A DNA stretch of 64,000 bases from Podarcis liolepis (GCA_965112155.1 OZ218101.1), one strand, 5' to 3'. Shown: positions 26,420 through 39,265, counted from the stretch's first letter. The notes: generated from the sequence alone by a model not told the origin. Numbers and translations are program-made.

Positions 26420-26593
26420 CTGCAACACTTCAAAGAGGTTGAAATAGCCAAAATTAAGATGGACGAGAGAGCACAATCCCAGAAAGAGATTTCAGAGCTT
26501 CGTAAAGAATTTGAAAAAGTTCACAGAGCCAAGTCAGAGGCTCTAAGCTCTCGAGAAAGAAATGCTATTGAGAGGCTTCAGAAGCAGCAAGAG
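26420..26593 (+). CDS. OFD1: OFD1 exon LQHFKEVEIAKIKMDE…LQKQQE
   Basis: 174 nt coiled-coil exon. Confidence 0.94.
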
Positions 26594-27140
26594 GTAATGT
26601 TTGAAAAAATTGAACTAAATAGAATGGAGGAGTTGGAAGGTTTTATCCTATATCAAGAGCCATACTGGGAAATATATTGGGAGTGACTATGTATTTTGCT
26701 TGTAGGTTACTTCTATGTATCTTCCATTGTGGTTTGTTCCTAATCTGCAATTTGTGCCGAAAAATGTGACCACCTGCTATTAAAATGCACTGCATAAGTA
26801 ATTGTGTGGGATGCTGTATTTGAAAAAGTGGAAATGCATCTTCCATGTCCTAATATTTGCGTCTTATTCGCTTCGCACTGTTAGCCACTTAAAAATAAAT
26901 AAATCATAGAACTCTTCCCATAACTCATAAGATACCTGTTTTACCCAGTTGTAACTACTGCTAATCCTTCTAGTAGTAACTAGTTTTATCAGCAAACTGC
27001 ATAATGAAGTGCAGGCAGTTCCAGCAACCAGTTAACAATAGAATGCTAGTTGTGAATACAGTCTTACAAATCTCATATAGAATATGCAGCTGTTGCTACA
27101 TTTGGGGCTGCATATAATACAAATATGTTTTTTCCAATAG

Positions 27141-27247
27141 ATTGATGCAAGGGAAATTTATCTGCAAAGGCAAAGCCTGCTGAAAGATATTGAAACAGTA
27201 AGATCCCGAGAGGCAGAACTGAAGCAGAGAATAGAAGCTTTTGAACT
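27141..27247 (+). CDS. OFD1: OFD1 exon [18 protein letters not shown]…EAFEL
   Basis: 107 nt, AG/GT. Confidence 0.93.
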
Positions 27248-28928
27248 GTAAGTTGTTAAACATTCATATAACTTTAGTTGGGGGAAAACCGCATATTTTT
27301 CTTGGCCTTCTAAATGCTACAGTTAGTATGAAGCTTCATTTACTCTTATTTCATTAAATGTAATGTTACACCTCTAGAAACAGTATTATCCATCTGCTTT
27401 TAGTGGCAGAATTGTTCCCTGTTAACTGAGTTTTATGGTGTTTCATTGAAAATTTGGCATTGCTTTGACAGTTTGTCTTGAAGTCAATACATTTTTTTGT
27501 TTTTTAATTAAACCATCTAGATACTGACAACAGTGTGTGTTGATGTTTTGCCATTAGTCCTGATGTATATTTAGGAGAATATCGGTTTGTGAACTGCTTA
27601 GAGGTTTTCCATCAAATAAGTATGTAACTTTAGTTAAATACATACAATAAAAAATATTTAAGCATAGTTGCTCGGGAATCCATAATTAACTGATTAGGCA
27701 GTTTAAGTTTGTCGCCTTTTAATTCCCTTTTCCTCCCCTTCAGTTTAATGATAGATGAAAATCCCTCTGATTACCCAGAAGAGGGAGCTGGTGAACCTTT
27801 GAAATAGAGGAATAAGCTTCATCCTCCCTTGTAATTCCTTTACTTTCAGCATTTGCAGTCCTAAATAATTAGTTCGTGAGCCAGTGTTGTTCAAGATTTC
27901 CTGAAATCAGTAGTATATGTTCAACAGTAGGGTTGTCAGATTTAAGGCCTAATCTTTACCACAGCCCACATTTAAATCTGTCAGGGCTTGGTAACTATGC
28001 TGTAAACTATCTGACATACCAGTGATTGCTGCAGTATGCTTTAATACAGGTCTCTGTGCTCATGCTGTGCAGAGTGTGGAACTTGTAATTTGCCAGCATT
28101 TGCAGTCAAACCGGAATGGGTAATAGTGACCCTGGATTTATGGCAGAGTAGTTTAAGCTGCCAGGATGTTTTTTGTTTTGTTTTGACATAATGAAGAAAT
28201 TTGGGGTGGGGAACAGTGCCATGTGGGAAGAAGATTAAGATAAGTTTGGGATTGACTATGGGAAGTAGCATAGGTGCTGTTAAAAGTGGCTTTGCAAAGC
28301 ACAGTGTGGGTGGAAGAGTTTGGATGGAGAGGGGTATTTGAAGAAGCTAACACCCAGCTTTACTGCTATTCTTGCTCTAAGCAACTGATTGGAAGGGTAG
28401 GTACAGAAGGGAACATTTGAATATGAAACTATTGTCCACATGATTAGCCATTGCTTTATAATATAATTATGGGAAATGTGGGGGTCTGAAGACTCATCTG
28501 AGTCACTTTAAACCTACCAAGTAAAAACATAATAACAAATCAAATAGCAAACTTAGTTCTCCATGTGTGGGTACTTAAGATGGCTGCATCCACATATGAG
28601 GGAGATGGTAGGAAGCTTGGTGAAAATTTCAAGGGTTGCAGGAGTACAAAAAAGAGAGAACTTTAAAAAAAGAACTCTAATGGGGTGGCAAAATATCCAT
28701 TTGCTTCTTATCTCAGCACCCCCACTCCCCAAGAGGCCAGAATATTAATCCAATATTATTGTTCTGGCTGGCCAGGGTCTTGGACAAGAGCACTCCTAGG
28801 CACATGTTGAAGCATTTTGTTGTGAGTTCCACTGTAATAATAAGTTCCCCATCATGTTTCTGATGCTTCTGTCACGTGATTTGTTCTGTTAGGATTGTTG
28901 TATTGTGCATTTTCTTTCATTGCTTCAG

Positions 28929-29048
28929 AGCTCAAAACCTTCAAGAATCAAAAAATAAAACTGTAGAAGATGCACTTCGTCATCGAGAGGTAACTGTGAA
29001 GAACATTGAAGAGACTTACGACCAGAAACTAAAGAATGAACTCCTAAA
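28929..29048 (+). CDS. OFD1: OFD1 exon [10 protein letters not shown]…[10 protein letters not shown]
   Basis: 120 nt, phase 2-2. Confidence 0.93.
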
Positions 29049-29358
29049 GTAATTAATTTACCTGTCTCCTTCAGTGACTGCATATGATGCACATAGAAAA
29101 GTAGTCGCATAGTAAAGACAGACATAATCTACCAATAAGTGAAACATTTATTGAGCATTTTTATATACTGGGGATGTTTCTGTCAGTGTGATGGGAAGAG
29201 ATGGAATTTGGAGCTCTTGCCCTATGGACAAGAGGAGAGTAATGGAAGCAGCAAGCCTATAGAGGTTTCTTGTTCATCCTCTTGCAATGACCTGAAACTC
29301 TACTAGGGCAGGGGTGACTAGCCCACAGGTCGTATTTGCTCCCCTATATTTTTTTGTA

Positions 29359-29772
29359 CCGTACTTTTCCGTGTGTAAGATCCCCCCATGTATTAGATGC
29401 CTCCTATTTTGGAGGACTCAAATTTAAGAAAATGGGGGAGATGGCACAAAGTTGTTGAGCTTTTTTTTGGGGGGGGGGCAGGATTACCCAGGGTTGTTGA
29501 GCTTTTTCTTATGCCAAAAATCGCTCACTGCACGTACCTCTCGTCTGTTCCCTCAACAGCAGAAGCTGCCAATCGCCTGCCCAATTGCCGCAGCATTGGC
29601 CAGTAAACGCCACCCATTGACACAGCAACCAGTAACACGCACAATAGCCACCTGACAGCCATGGCAGAAACCAGTTGAACGTACACCCTATGCACTCCCC
29701 TTGTATAAGATGACCCCCACTTTTTAGCATGATTTTTAAAGAGAAAAACCTAGTCTACACAGAAAAGTACGG
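29359..29772. mobile_element. Tc1/mariner MITE, apparently nested in an older hAT-like MITE (about 29308-29872)
   Basis: TA TSD; TIRs CCGTACTTTTC.GTGT / ACAC.GAAAAGTACGG. Confidence 0.82.
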
Positions 29773-30297
29773 TACTTTACACATTGCCCATGCCCACCTC
29801 CATACTTCAGTCCCTTGAGTGCTGACCAAAGGGCAATGTGATCCTCTGCCTTAAAAAGGCTAGCAATTGCTGTTTTAGGGATTTAGATTTTAATTAGGAG
29901 ATGCTCAAATATTCAATATTTAATCAGAAGATGCTCAGATGTTTAAACTCAGATTAAATTTTGTAGTGATGTCATGATTGAAGGAAATGCTGCTGGCTGG
30001 GGTACACAGATATACTGGCCTCTTTCCTCCTGTGCCAAATTTGAACAAAAAGAAACCCAAGAGGGCCATTTTAAGCAAGTTTCAATTGAGTTCATCTGCT
30101 TGGATTCAACTAGCTGTCAATTGTGTTTAGGACTATAATTTTATATATGGTTTCTACCTCTGATTTGTATCTGAAGATTGAACATGGTTAGTTATCCAGA
30201 ATAAAGCTACTATGACTTCAGCTATAAAGACACATGGAATTGAAGCTGACAGTGCTTCAGTAATTTGGCAACACTTTGCAATGCTTTTTATTCCTAG

Positions 30298-30371
30298 GTA
30301 TCAGCTTGAACTAAATGAAGAATACATAGCTAGAACCAAGAAAATTACTGAAGATGAGAAAAAAATTAAAG
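30298..30371 (+). CDS. OFD1: OFD1 exon YQLELNEEYIARTKKITEDEKKIK
   Basis: 74 nt, AG/GT. Confidence 0.93.
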
Positions 30372-30482
30372 GTGTTTTTTTATATCTATCTCTATTTTAA
30401 AAAACCCTACCACTCAAAAACAAATGTTTGACTTTTATTTAATGAAATATGTCTAATATAAAACTTTCCTGTTTTTGACCAG

Positions 30483-30574
30483 ATAAAGCTATGCTTTTGC
30501 ATGAAGAGACCATTTCCCTTAATTCAAAAAAGCAAGAATTTGAACATGCTATATCACATTCAAAAGAGCTTGAG
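30483..30574 (+). CDS. OFD1: OFD1 exon DKAMLLHEETISLNSKKQEFEHAISHSKELE
   Basis: 92 nt, frame continuity. Confidence 0.92.
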
Positions 30575-30704
30575 GTAGCTAAGTTAAAATGTCTGTTTTA
30601 GCAATATATTTTTACCACCTTTATAATTCTGATAAATAAATTATCTAGTTATATCCTGTAAGAGGTCTACTAACTCCCCGCCCCCATATGGTATTTATTT
30701 CCAG

Positions 30705-30894
30705 CTGGAAATAGATTCAGTCAAGGCTCAAGTTTTATTATTAAGCAAGCAAAATCAGTTGATGACAAAAAAACTGGAAGAAGTCTCAGATTATCCAACA
30801 CTAAAAGAAGAGAAAATGGAACTTCAGGTGCAGAATAAGCTACTCAAACAACAGTTGGAAGAGGCACGCAATGAAAACTTGGAACTCCGAGACA
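30705..30894 (+). CDS. OFD1: OFD1 exon [13 protein letters not shown]…[12 protein letters not shown]…
   Basis: 190 nt, AG/GT. Confidence 0.93.
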
Positions 30895-31704
30895 GTTAGT
30901 GTGAATCTAATATTCTTTGAAAAATTTTATTAGCAAGATTTGCAAAGAAAATACATTTTAGAAATGTAATAGCATGTCTGCTCTTTTCATTGTTTCTCTG
31001 TGTTAAATGTCTATTTGTTTTTCTTTTGTGTTTCTGTCATAACTAAATGGGTTTTTCAGGGTTTTCATAGTGCTTCTGGAAGTAACTCCTAAAGTCCAAA
31101 ACTACTTATCTGCACCTATCTCTTTGCAAGACTGTCACTGGCACCTATTGAATAGTGACAATGACATCAATGGGCTTTCATTAAAATTGTATTGCACAAG
31201 ATATAAAATCTGTAGTAGCTAGCCAAAGGCTAAAGCATATGTGCTTTGCTGATTATATACAAATGACTGTGATTCAAGCAAGGAGCTAAAAAGATGACTT
31301 CAGATATAGAGGGACCTCAATTGGCTTGGTTATATGCCCTTATTATAAGTGGTGTATGTCAATGTGTATATTATGCACTTGAGTGTTTTGATGTCCCAGA
31401 GGCTAAGATAGCCAAAAACACAGAACAATGACTCAAGTTTTTGAAGAAGATTCACCAATAGGACTTCATAAGGCCAAGTCCACTGTTTGCTCCTCTCCTT
31501 GGTTTGTTGTGCTGTGCTGTCCTCAGTATCCATTTTGATTTGTGCAAAACCCACATCATTGTTTTTATTATTATTGGATGGAACCTTATTAATCTTTTGT
31601 TAAGTCCTGATTAATGCTAAGAAGGATGTTCAGTGACTGCCTGCATCCAGGGCTTTCCAGGAGTTAAACCATTTGAATCATAGTATGGAACGCTAAAGAG
31701 TGTA

Positions 31705-31930
31705 CAGTGGTACCTCTGGTTACGTACTTAATTCGTTCCAGAGGTCCATTCTTAACCTGAAACTGTTCTTAACCTGAAGCACCACTTTAGCTAATGGGGC
31801 CCCCTGCTGCTGCTGCACTGCCAGAGCACAATTTCTGTTCTCATCCTGAAGCAAAGTTCTTAACCCGAGGTACTATTTCTGGGTTAGCGGAGTCTGTAAC
31901 CTGAAGCGTATGTAACCCGAGGTACCACTG
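31705..31930. mobile_element. Tc1/mariner MITE (related to 13788-14028)
   Basis: TA TSD; TIRs CAGTGGTACCTC.GGTTAC / GTAACC.GAGGTACCACTG. Confidence 0.88.
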
Positions 31931-32029
31931 TAGTTGGATGGTCTACTACAGAGTATCTGTTTATCAGATGCAGTGTTTCCTGGCAATATTAGATTTTAAC
32001 TTATTCCTCCCCCCCCCCCCTATTTATAG

Positions 32030-32160
32030 AGTTGAGTCGACCATCAGCTGAATATTTGGTCCTTGAGGCAGAGTTGAAAAGAGCAAAACATGCTAGGAAG
32101 CTTGAAGGTGAAGAATCTGACACTCATAAGCAGCTCTTGGAAAAACAGTTACAAAATGAG
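32030..32160 (+). CDS. OFD1: OFD1 exon LSRPSAEYLVLEAELKR…LEKQLQNE
   Basis: 131 nt, AG/GT. Confidence 0.92.
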
Positions 32161-32677
32161 GTAAACTACCTTTTTGTTGTTGTTTACGCTAGTTCTTCTA
32201 AAAAACACTTTTTTAACACAATATAATCAGCATAAATTCATCAGCCACATTTTCCTCACTCCAAATTATTAAAGTCTAAAACCAATGTTAAAAAATACAG
32301 TCTGATCCTGCAAAAGTAGTGCACACCCTCTACGCTTGTATTTGCTGCTGAATTGAGAACTCTTTGCATGACACTAAGTAAATTGTTAGTGTTGTAAATG
32401 CTTACTGCACTAATATTATACTTGAGGAATTAGACAACTAAATTCTCCCAAATAAAGGCCAAGTGTAGACTCTGCATTCATAGTCTTCATTTATCTAGAT
32501 GAGGAACTGATGCGCTCAAAATCAAAATATCTGTTTCTCTCTGTCTCCCTTCCACCAGTTCATTCATTTGAGACCTGGGGGGCTGATTGCTCATTTGTAA
32601 CTATATGGATTAGTTGCTTCAGTGTGTTAAGAATGCTCTTGAATTAGTAAGGCATTTTGTCTCTGAAATCTTTTTAG

Positions 32678-32789
32678 ATTGAACATTGTGTACAGCTGAA
32701 GACTCAGTTGTCGGAATGTGAAAATACTATCAGGAAGTTAAATGCCCAAATGGAAGACCTTAAGCTACAACTGAAACAGACACAGACAG
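32678..32789 (+). CDS. OFD1: OFD1 exon IEHCVQLKTQLSECE…LKLQLKQTQT
   Basis: 112 nt, AG/GT. Confidence 0.93.
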
Positions 32790-33031
32790 GTTTGAAAAAT
32801 GCTCTCCACTTTTGGGCTAACTCAATAAGATCAGGCTTTATTTAGAGCAATTTTATTTAAGCATTGGAGCAGATTGAAATAAAACACATGAAAAATGGCA
32901 TGTATTGTTTTTTTTTGTAAAAGTCTGGTATTTGATATTGTGATTTTTTAAATTTATAACATTTTTTATTATGGAGAAAGATCTTGACCCTATGTAGACA
33001 ATATCTGACAGTTCAGAAACAGAATCAGCAA

Positions 33032-33108
33032 AGATTCTTGTGGCATCTTAAAGAATAACAGTTTATTATGGGTACAATTTCATGGACCAAAGGCTCCTTA
33101 ATCAGAGC
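33032..33108 (-). mobile_element. Degenerate copy of the hammerhead-type Penelope-like terminus
   Basis: Reverse complement: CTGATTA…GTCCAT GAAA…ATAATAAACTGTTATTCTTTAAGATGCCACAAGA. Confidence 0.55.
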
Positions 33109-33712
33109 CAAGAAATGAAAAGAGTCCATGCAATTTTTAGCCAGAGACCTTCCATAACTATATTTTACTGCTCCCAACTCAGATTTTCTTATTTGCCCCC
33201 TTCATTCCTTTCTGTTACACCATTCTTTGTTTGAAATCACAATTTCTGAAATCGAGTTAAGTCCAATTTAAATGTGGCTTTCTGTGTATTTGGTTGCACC
33301 ACCCCCTGCTGTAGCTTTAAGATACCTCATACTCCTCAAATCTTGAAATGACTAGGCAAATACTATCATTATACTTCTATATTTGGTTCTAAACATTTTA
33401 TTCTTGTGTGTGTAACTGCCTTCTGCTGGTATAGGCAGCTCTTTGGATCTAACTCTCTTCTTTTGTGGCTCTGACACTTTCAGCTTAATTTGAATATTTT
33501 CTGTGCATTTCATTTGATCATACTAACTTTAAAAACCTGAAATAAACTTGAGGTTTTTTGCTATATTAAATCATGTTGGATTTGTGTGTAGAATAACTAT
33601 ATTAAAATGTAAGGTAAGTTCAGTTTTCATTTTTGCATGCTAATTATACAATGACCAAATCAAAATTTGTCTTAAATTGTTTTCTTTATCTCTATTAAAT
33701 TCTTGCCTGTAG

Positions 33713-34309
33713 CATTAGAGAATGAAGTATATCGGAATCCAAAGCCCTCTTTGGTTGATCGTTCTGTCATTGACTTGTTTGGTGACAGGACTGTACCTCC
33801 TGATATTTATATAGATGGTGCTTTCCTGAAAACACAGCCAGTGGCTGATTTTATTGGAATGGGAAATGGTACAAGCCCCAGACATCATCACCACGTGCTG
33901 AAATCTAACACTTCACAAGATTCTGATTTAGAATTTGTAGCTAATACAAAGGCTAGAATAAAAGAATTGGAGAGAGAAGCTGAATATTTAGAAGAGGCCT
34001 ACAGGAATTACCAATACAGAGCCATTCAAACCACAGCTGGCCCAACAAAAACAACATTCTCTTCACCTATGGCAAGTAACTTTAACATGGCATCTCGCCA
34101 AAGACTTTGGTTTGCACAGGATGATCTATATTCCCAAGAATTACCCTTTCACTGCCAAAAAAATAAAAGCTATAGATGGACACCAGGAAATGGGGATCAC
34201 TTGAAAGATCATCTAACCCCTCCACGGAAGAAGTCTGCTTCTAGACGTCTGTCTTCTACTCCTGTTTCCAAAGCAAAGAGAAATATTAGTAACAAGCTGT
34301 TTTCTGAAG
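33713..34309 (+). CDS. OFD1: OFD1 large exon ALENEVYRNPKPSLVDRSV…DSDLEFVANTKARIKELEREAE…RRLSSTP…
   Basis: 597 nt; conserved OFD1 motifs; lies within ORF 33703-34338. Confidence 0.96.
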
Positions 34310-34508
34310 GTAAGCAATTTGATATTCATGAATTATGAGTGAAGTTGTTGCTTTGTGTGGATATCAGGAGCTACTGATATTAAGAGTTTTCTGCCGTGAT
34401 GGTTCCTTCCCTCGGTCCATTTCTACTTGCTGCAAACATGGAAATGCTGTTTTTCATCTAACCCCCTTTTAATGCCACACTATTTATCATTGAAACTGAT
34501 AGTCTTTT

Positions 34509-34644
34509 NNNNNNNNNNNNNNNNNNNNNNNNNNNNNNNNNNNNNNNNNNNNNNNNNNNNNNNNNNNNNNNNNNNNNNNNNNNNNNNNNNNNNNNNNNNN
34601 NNNNNNNNNNNNNNNNNNNNNNNNNNNNNNNNNNNNNNNNNNNN
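34509..34644. other. Assembly gap (N run) in an OFD1 intron
   Basis: 136 N. Confidence 1.
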
Positions 34645-34960
34645 TCTTGCTCCTGCTATTTAATCAAAACATGGAGATAAACTTAAGTGAGAAGTACTGT
34701 GCAGAAAAAATTATTTTGTATTTTTTCCACAATGAACCAATTTTTTTCTAATCTGAAACCAGTGTTAGAGAGTACCAAGCCTATCTTTTAAGCACCCAAA
34801 TTCTTCCAATGTTCCTGTGTTTTTACCCCTCTTTTAAAGTATTCTGTGGTTTTCCAGGAACAATTTCCAATGCGCATCACTGGTATTAAGTGTTTTGTAG
34901 CTTACAGTAGCTGTTCAGATACTATTGCACAGTAATATGTGGTTGCCTTCTGTTCTCCAG

Positions 34961-35108
34961 ATACAGTTGCCTCATCTTTTGCTGCCCCTCATCAGAATGC
35001 AGACCAACCTCTCTCCCCCATTCAAAGAACAGGCAACCTTTCATCTCCTGAACATGCTTCTAATATATCAGTTTCTTCTTCCCCAGCCTCCTGCAAACAA
35101 AAACTAAG
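34961..35108 (+). CDS. OFD1: OFD1 exon DTVASSFAAPHQ…SCKQKL
   Basis: 148 nt, phase 1-2, Ser/Pro-rich. Confidence 0.85.
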
Positions 35109-35774
35109 GTAATGTTTATATACTGGTGAAAGATCTTCAGCTATGTCATGTCCCATATTTGTGTGTTACCTGTTGATATCCGTAATCAAACGTTCTTCCA
35201 AGAGAATGGTTTATCCTCAGGCACTTCAGTAGTTACAGTATCTTTTTGTGTACTGCATTTTTAATACATTACAGAAACATGGAGATACACCAAACATTTC
35301 CTAATCCCTTACACAAGCTGTGTGGTTTTTTTGCTGCTCAAGGCTGTGCCCTTGCATTCAAAAAGAGATGGAGATAGTAGTGGGCCCCTAACATGCAGAC
35401 TCGGGGGTAGTGGTGAGTGAGTAGAGGTTGCTTAACTATTGTGGGTCCGTATCCTGACCATGTTGTTCCACTTTGAGAGCTGTATCCTATAAGAGTTAGT
35501 GTGTTTGGTAATACTGCACCAGGAAGAAGGTAGAGAGTACTGTACAGTGGTATGCAAGTTGATAAAATGATGAGGCAACCTTGCTATTGTGAATATGAGA
35601 TCATGAGTTTAGATATTGGATAGTATGACTGAAATCTGAATTATTAGAACACTTGGACAGCATGGAAGCTGTCATCCAGACTGCAGAAAGGAACCTTGCT
35701 ATGGTTTTTCCCCTCCATACAACCTTAACTCAGTTTTCTGATGGTTGATGCTGGCATAGGGAAGACTGTGCACA

Positions 35775-35835
35775 GAATCATAGAGTTGGAAGAGACCACA
35801 AGGGCCATCGAGTCCAACCCCCTGCCAAGCAGGAA
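35775..35835 (-). mobile_element. CR1 / CR1-tail SINE 3' end
   Basis: AGAATCATAGAGTTGGAAGAGACCACAAGGGCCATCGAGTCCAACCCCCTGC. Confidence 0.7.
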
Positions 35836-36036
35836 TAAAGTGCATAAAGGCTCCTCCTGCAAGAGCAAAACAAAGAGCTTTGATAAGCTTTTCTTGTAAC
35901 TAATGTTCATGTCTTTGTATGTTATACCCATGGTGTGCTCTGCAGATGTGACACGGGACTATATTAACTTTACATTTTAGAAACTTTTCTAAACTAAATA
36001 TAATCACTTTTCTCCCGTCTCCTTCCTTTCTTTTAG

Positions 36037-36158
36037 TCTTCAGCAGCAGCAAGGTGAAACTCAGGGTGTTAGTGACTCTGCAAAATCTGAGAGGCTCCTG
36101 TATAAAGACCTTGGAAATGATGACTCTGACCTTGGAAATGATGAGTCTGCCAGTAAAT
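36037..36158 (+). CDS. OFD1: OFD1 exon LQQQQGETQ…DLGNDDSDLGNDESASK
   Basis: 122 nt, strong acceptor and GTAAGT donor, phase 2-1. Confidence 0.85.
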
Positions 36159-36639
36159 GTAAGTTTTTACTATATTTTTCAGAAAGAAGCAATGCAGATT
36201 TTTTTTTTAATCTGGGAGCCACCTTTTTTTTAAAGCCAGAAATCTCTTAAGTATGACTCTTGGTGGTTTTTTTTTTGCTTTTCATAACTTCTCAACTTGT
36301 TCTAAGGAAATGGGGGTGCCTTTTAAGCCACCCCTTTTACCAGGCAACTGTGTAATGGTCTTAACATATAAGATGCATAGAACTGAAGCCTAGCCTAATC
36401 CTTGTGTATGTATGTGTGTAAATGTTAGTGGGAATGATATTGGACATTGTATGACTTACACATTGGGCTTGGGAACCCACATTAGTAGAAAAGCAAAATA
36501 GGCAGAAGCTGAAGCTGTACAGGTTATATTGGTTATATTGGTGAGGCCTTTGGGAAACTCTGGCACTCTTCTGATAGACATTTTAGAATATTTGATGTTT
36601 GCCACAACCTGGAAATGAAAAACTAGAGATAGTTTAAAA

Positions 36640-36844
36640 CTGAGCTTTCCAAACTGTGTGTCGTAACACATTAGTGTGTTGGCTGCAGTGTGTAGTTGTG
36701 TCACGCAAATGCTCCTTGTGCTCCTTCCAGGGCTGGAAAGGGATTACTTTAACCTCCATTTGCTAGTAAAACTGAATTACTGTTTTGCAAAATGATGCAT
36801 GTCTTAAATGTGTGTCACCAACATGAAAAGTTTGGAAAGCTCTG
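36640..36844. mobile_element. hAT MITE
   Basis: 8-bp TSD GTTTAAAA on both sides; TIRs C(T/A)GAGCTTTCCAAACT. Confidence 0.88.
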
Positions 36845-38014
36845 GTTTAAAACTTAGAAGATGTGATGTAAAATAATGAGATTTAATGAAAGTGAAAAAT
36901 GTTTGAATTGGATAATTCACAGGGAAAACCAGTAAGTGCATGAAAGAGAGGGTTACAGCACTGGATATACAGTACAAACTATAATTTTGGTTGGACAGAA
37001 CTATTGAGGGAGTGCAAATTAAAGCTTTGCCAAAAAAAAAATGCAACTATAACTTATTGGCTTGTGTTGCTATCACACAGTTCCTTGTGTTGATTCTCTC
37101 AGTGTTTGTAGATGGATATGAAAGGATGGATGGGCACATGTGTACACATGTATACATTATCACTGGCAGCAGAGGCTTGGCTGAGGGGGGGCATGGTATA
37201 CAAAAAAACTGTAAGATGTGTGGCATGCTTCATGTGACAGGTACCTCAGACTAATCGTCTGGATATTGAGCCTGTAAATTAGCCAGGTTATGTTTTGATA
37301 TAATCTGTTTTGGGGATAGAGAACCTTTGGCACTTCAGATGGTGTTGGACTGTAACTCCCATAAGCCACAGCCTATGTGGCCATTGCTTATGGGTGATGA
37401 CAGTTGTGGCCCTTCAGATGTTGCTGTTCCTTATAAAAACAAGATGTATATAATAACAGTAATGAAAAACCTGATATTAAAAGATAACAGACTGCTGCTT
37501 TCTGACAGAACCTGTTACAGTGATGTTTATGTATGGTGATAGAGGAGTTGAAACAACTGGAGAGGGACATGATGCTTGCAAGCCCTACCAAACACCAATA
37601 AACTCCAGCCTGAGAAGAGGCAAAACTATAGGAAACTTGAAAGTTTTGTTTTATGGAAGTGACTCAAATGCAACCAGCCCCCCCCCCCCCATATTTTGCA
37701 TTCATGCTTGTGTCTCATTGGTGGATTTTAATCCTACAAAGTCCACATTGAGTTGAAGCTGTTTTGACTCTTTGCTTAGGAAACATATTGTAAGAACTAG
37801 TTTCCAAGCCAGACAGTCCCATGATTCTGATTAAAACAGCCCATTTGAAGTTTCTTCATTCTTAGGGTGATGGTTGGCTTGGCCAAGAAGAGCACTTAAT
37901 TAATGGCTTGCACTTATGCATTCTGAACTCAGTCATTCCCACACTGTGTCCATTTCTTTGCCCTGCTTTGATAATTGCAGAATAATGAGGGCATTGTTCC
38001 TACTTCTCCTCTAG

Positions 38015-38131
38015 ATCAAGAGGACATTCCAGAACAGCTCGAAAGCGATGTGTCACATCCATCTCACATTGTTAGTGGAAGCCATGTTCCGGCTACTGTG
38101 CCAGCAGCGGGCACTTCACAGCAGGACATAA
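38015..38131 (+). CDS. OFD1: OFD1 exon YQEDIPEQLESDVSHPS…QQDI
   Basis: 117 nt, phase 1-1, acceptor ttctcctctag, donor gtgagt. Confidence 0.85.
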   Translation: MKRTFQNSSKAMCHIHLTLLVEAMFRLLCQQRALHSRT

Positions 38132-39095
38132 GTGAGTTTTCTGCTCAAACAAGTGTGAATAGCCATCTTAGATGGCTTGTTTATCAAAGTATATGGAAAC
38201 TGAAGCTTTTGCAGCATCTTGTCTGAAATACAGTAAATGGTATTATTTTAAACTGGCTACTGTCCATAACAGAATATCTTCATAATATATTTCAGTTTAG
38301 AGCTGCTTCAGTCAACATAAGAACATAATTTTTAAGCTTTTCCATACTTGTAACAGGAAGGCACACAATTATGTTAGACATTTGAAGATAAGGCAACAAG
38401 GAACCTAGGGGAACTCGAGAGGGGTGGGGAGTGAGTTTGATAGTAACTATTCTCCCTGCAATAGTGCACCACTTTCAACAATTTGTATGGAAAATGGGGA
38501 TTCCAGAGGGCAAATGTTGAGAGAAACAGAAGCTCTGTGAAGTAACATGTTTCTTGTTTGCATATTGGGGCAGCTGAAAGGGTAATATTTGTGACAGGGA
38601 GCCCTGCAGCAGTCCTCTTCTCAAGCCTGCTATTTCTGTTAGACAGCTGAAACTGCTGTACTTGAAATTTTGTTTTGTTTTCTGACATTTCAACAAAATG
38701 TACCCTAACCATTAATATATTTCTGTACCCTACTGCACCATCATGATGGCTAGGCACAGGTAGGTTTTCTGTAGCTTAGTGATCTTGCACAGTCTTATGT
38801 AGAGAGTTTATTGGGCAGCCATAGAGTTGGAAAATCACCAATATACATTAAATGGAGGTAAAGGAAGCTGAATACAGTTTGTGCAGGACTTGACATATTC
38901 TGCTTCTCTGGATTATTAGTCTTTTCTATGCACTGTTAAGTACCTATCTGTTTGGAATAATATGCATCTTAACTGTGTTTGATTTAATGCACTTTATGCA
39001 CTTTAACTGTGTTTGATTTAATGCTTCGGAATGCAAAACTGTCTTTTCTTTGCTTAATATTGCCCTCTATGTATTATGTGGAGAAGAAATAACAG

Positions 39096-39265
39096 CCCTG
39101 GAGAAACAAAAGCATCCTGAAGAACAGGAGGAAGAAGAGGAGCAGGAGGAGCAGGAGGAGCAGGAGGAGCAAAAATGGGAAGAGAGGGAAGGAAAAAGGC
39201 AGCAAGAGAGGCAGGACACTTTGGAAAGAGAGCAAGGAGAACTGGAAAAAGCAAATGAAGAATTG
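39096..39265 (+). CDS. OFD1: OFD1 Glu/Gln-rich exon (acceptor ambiguous: 39084, 39087 or 39096)
   Basis: …EQKWEEREGKRQQERQDTLEREQGELEK…; donor gtaatg; phase 1-0. Confidence 0.82.
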
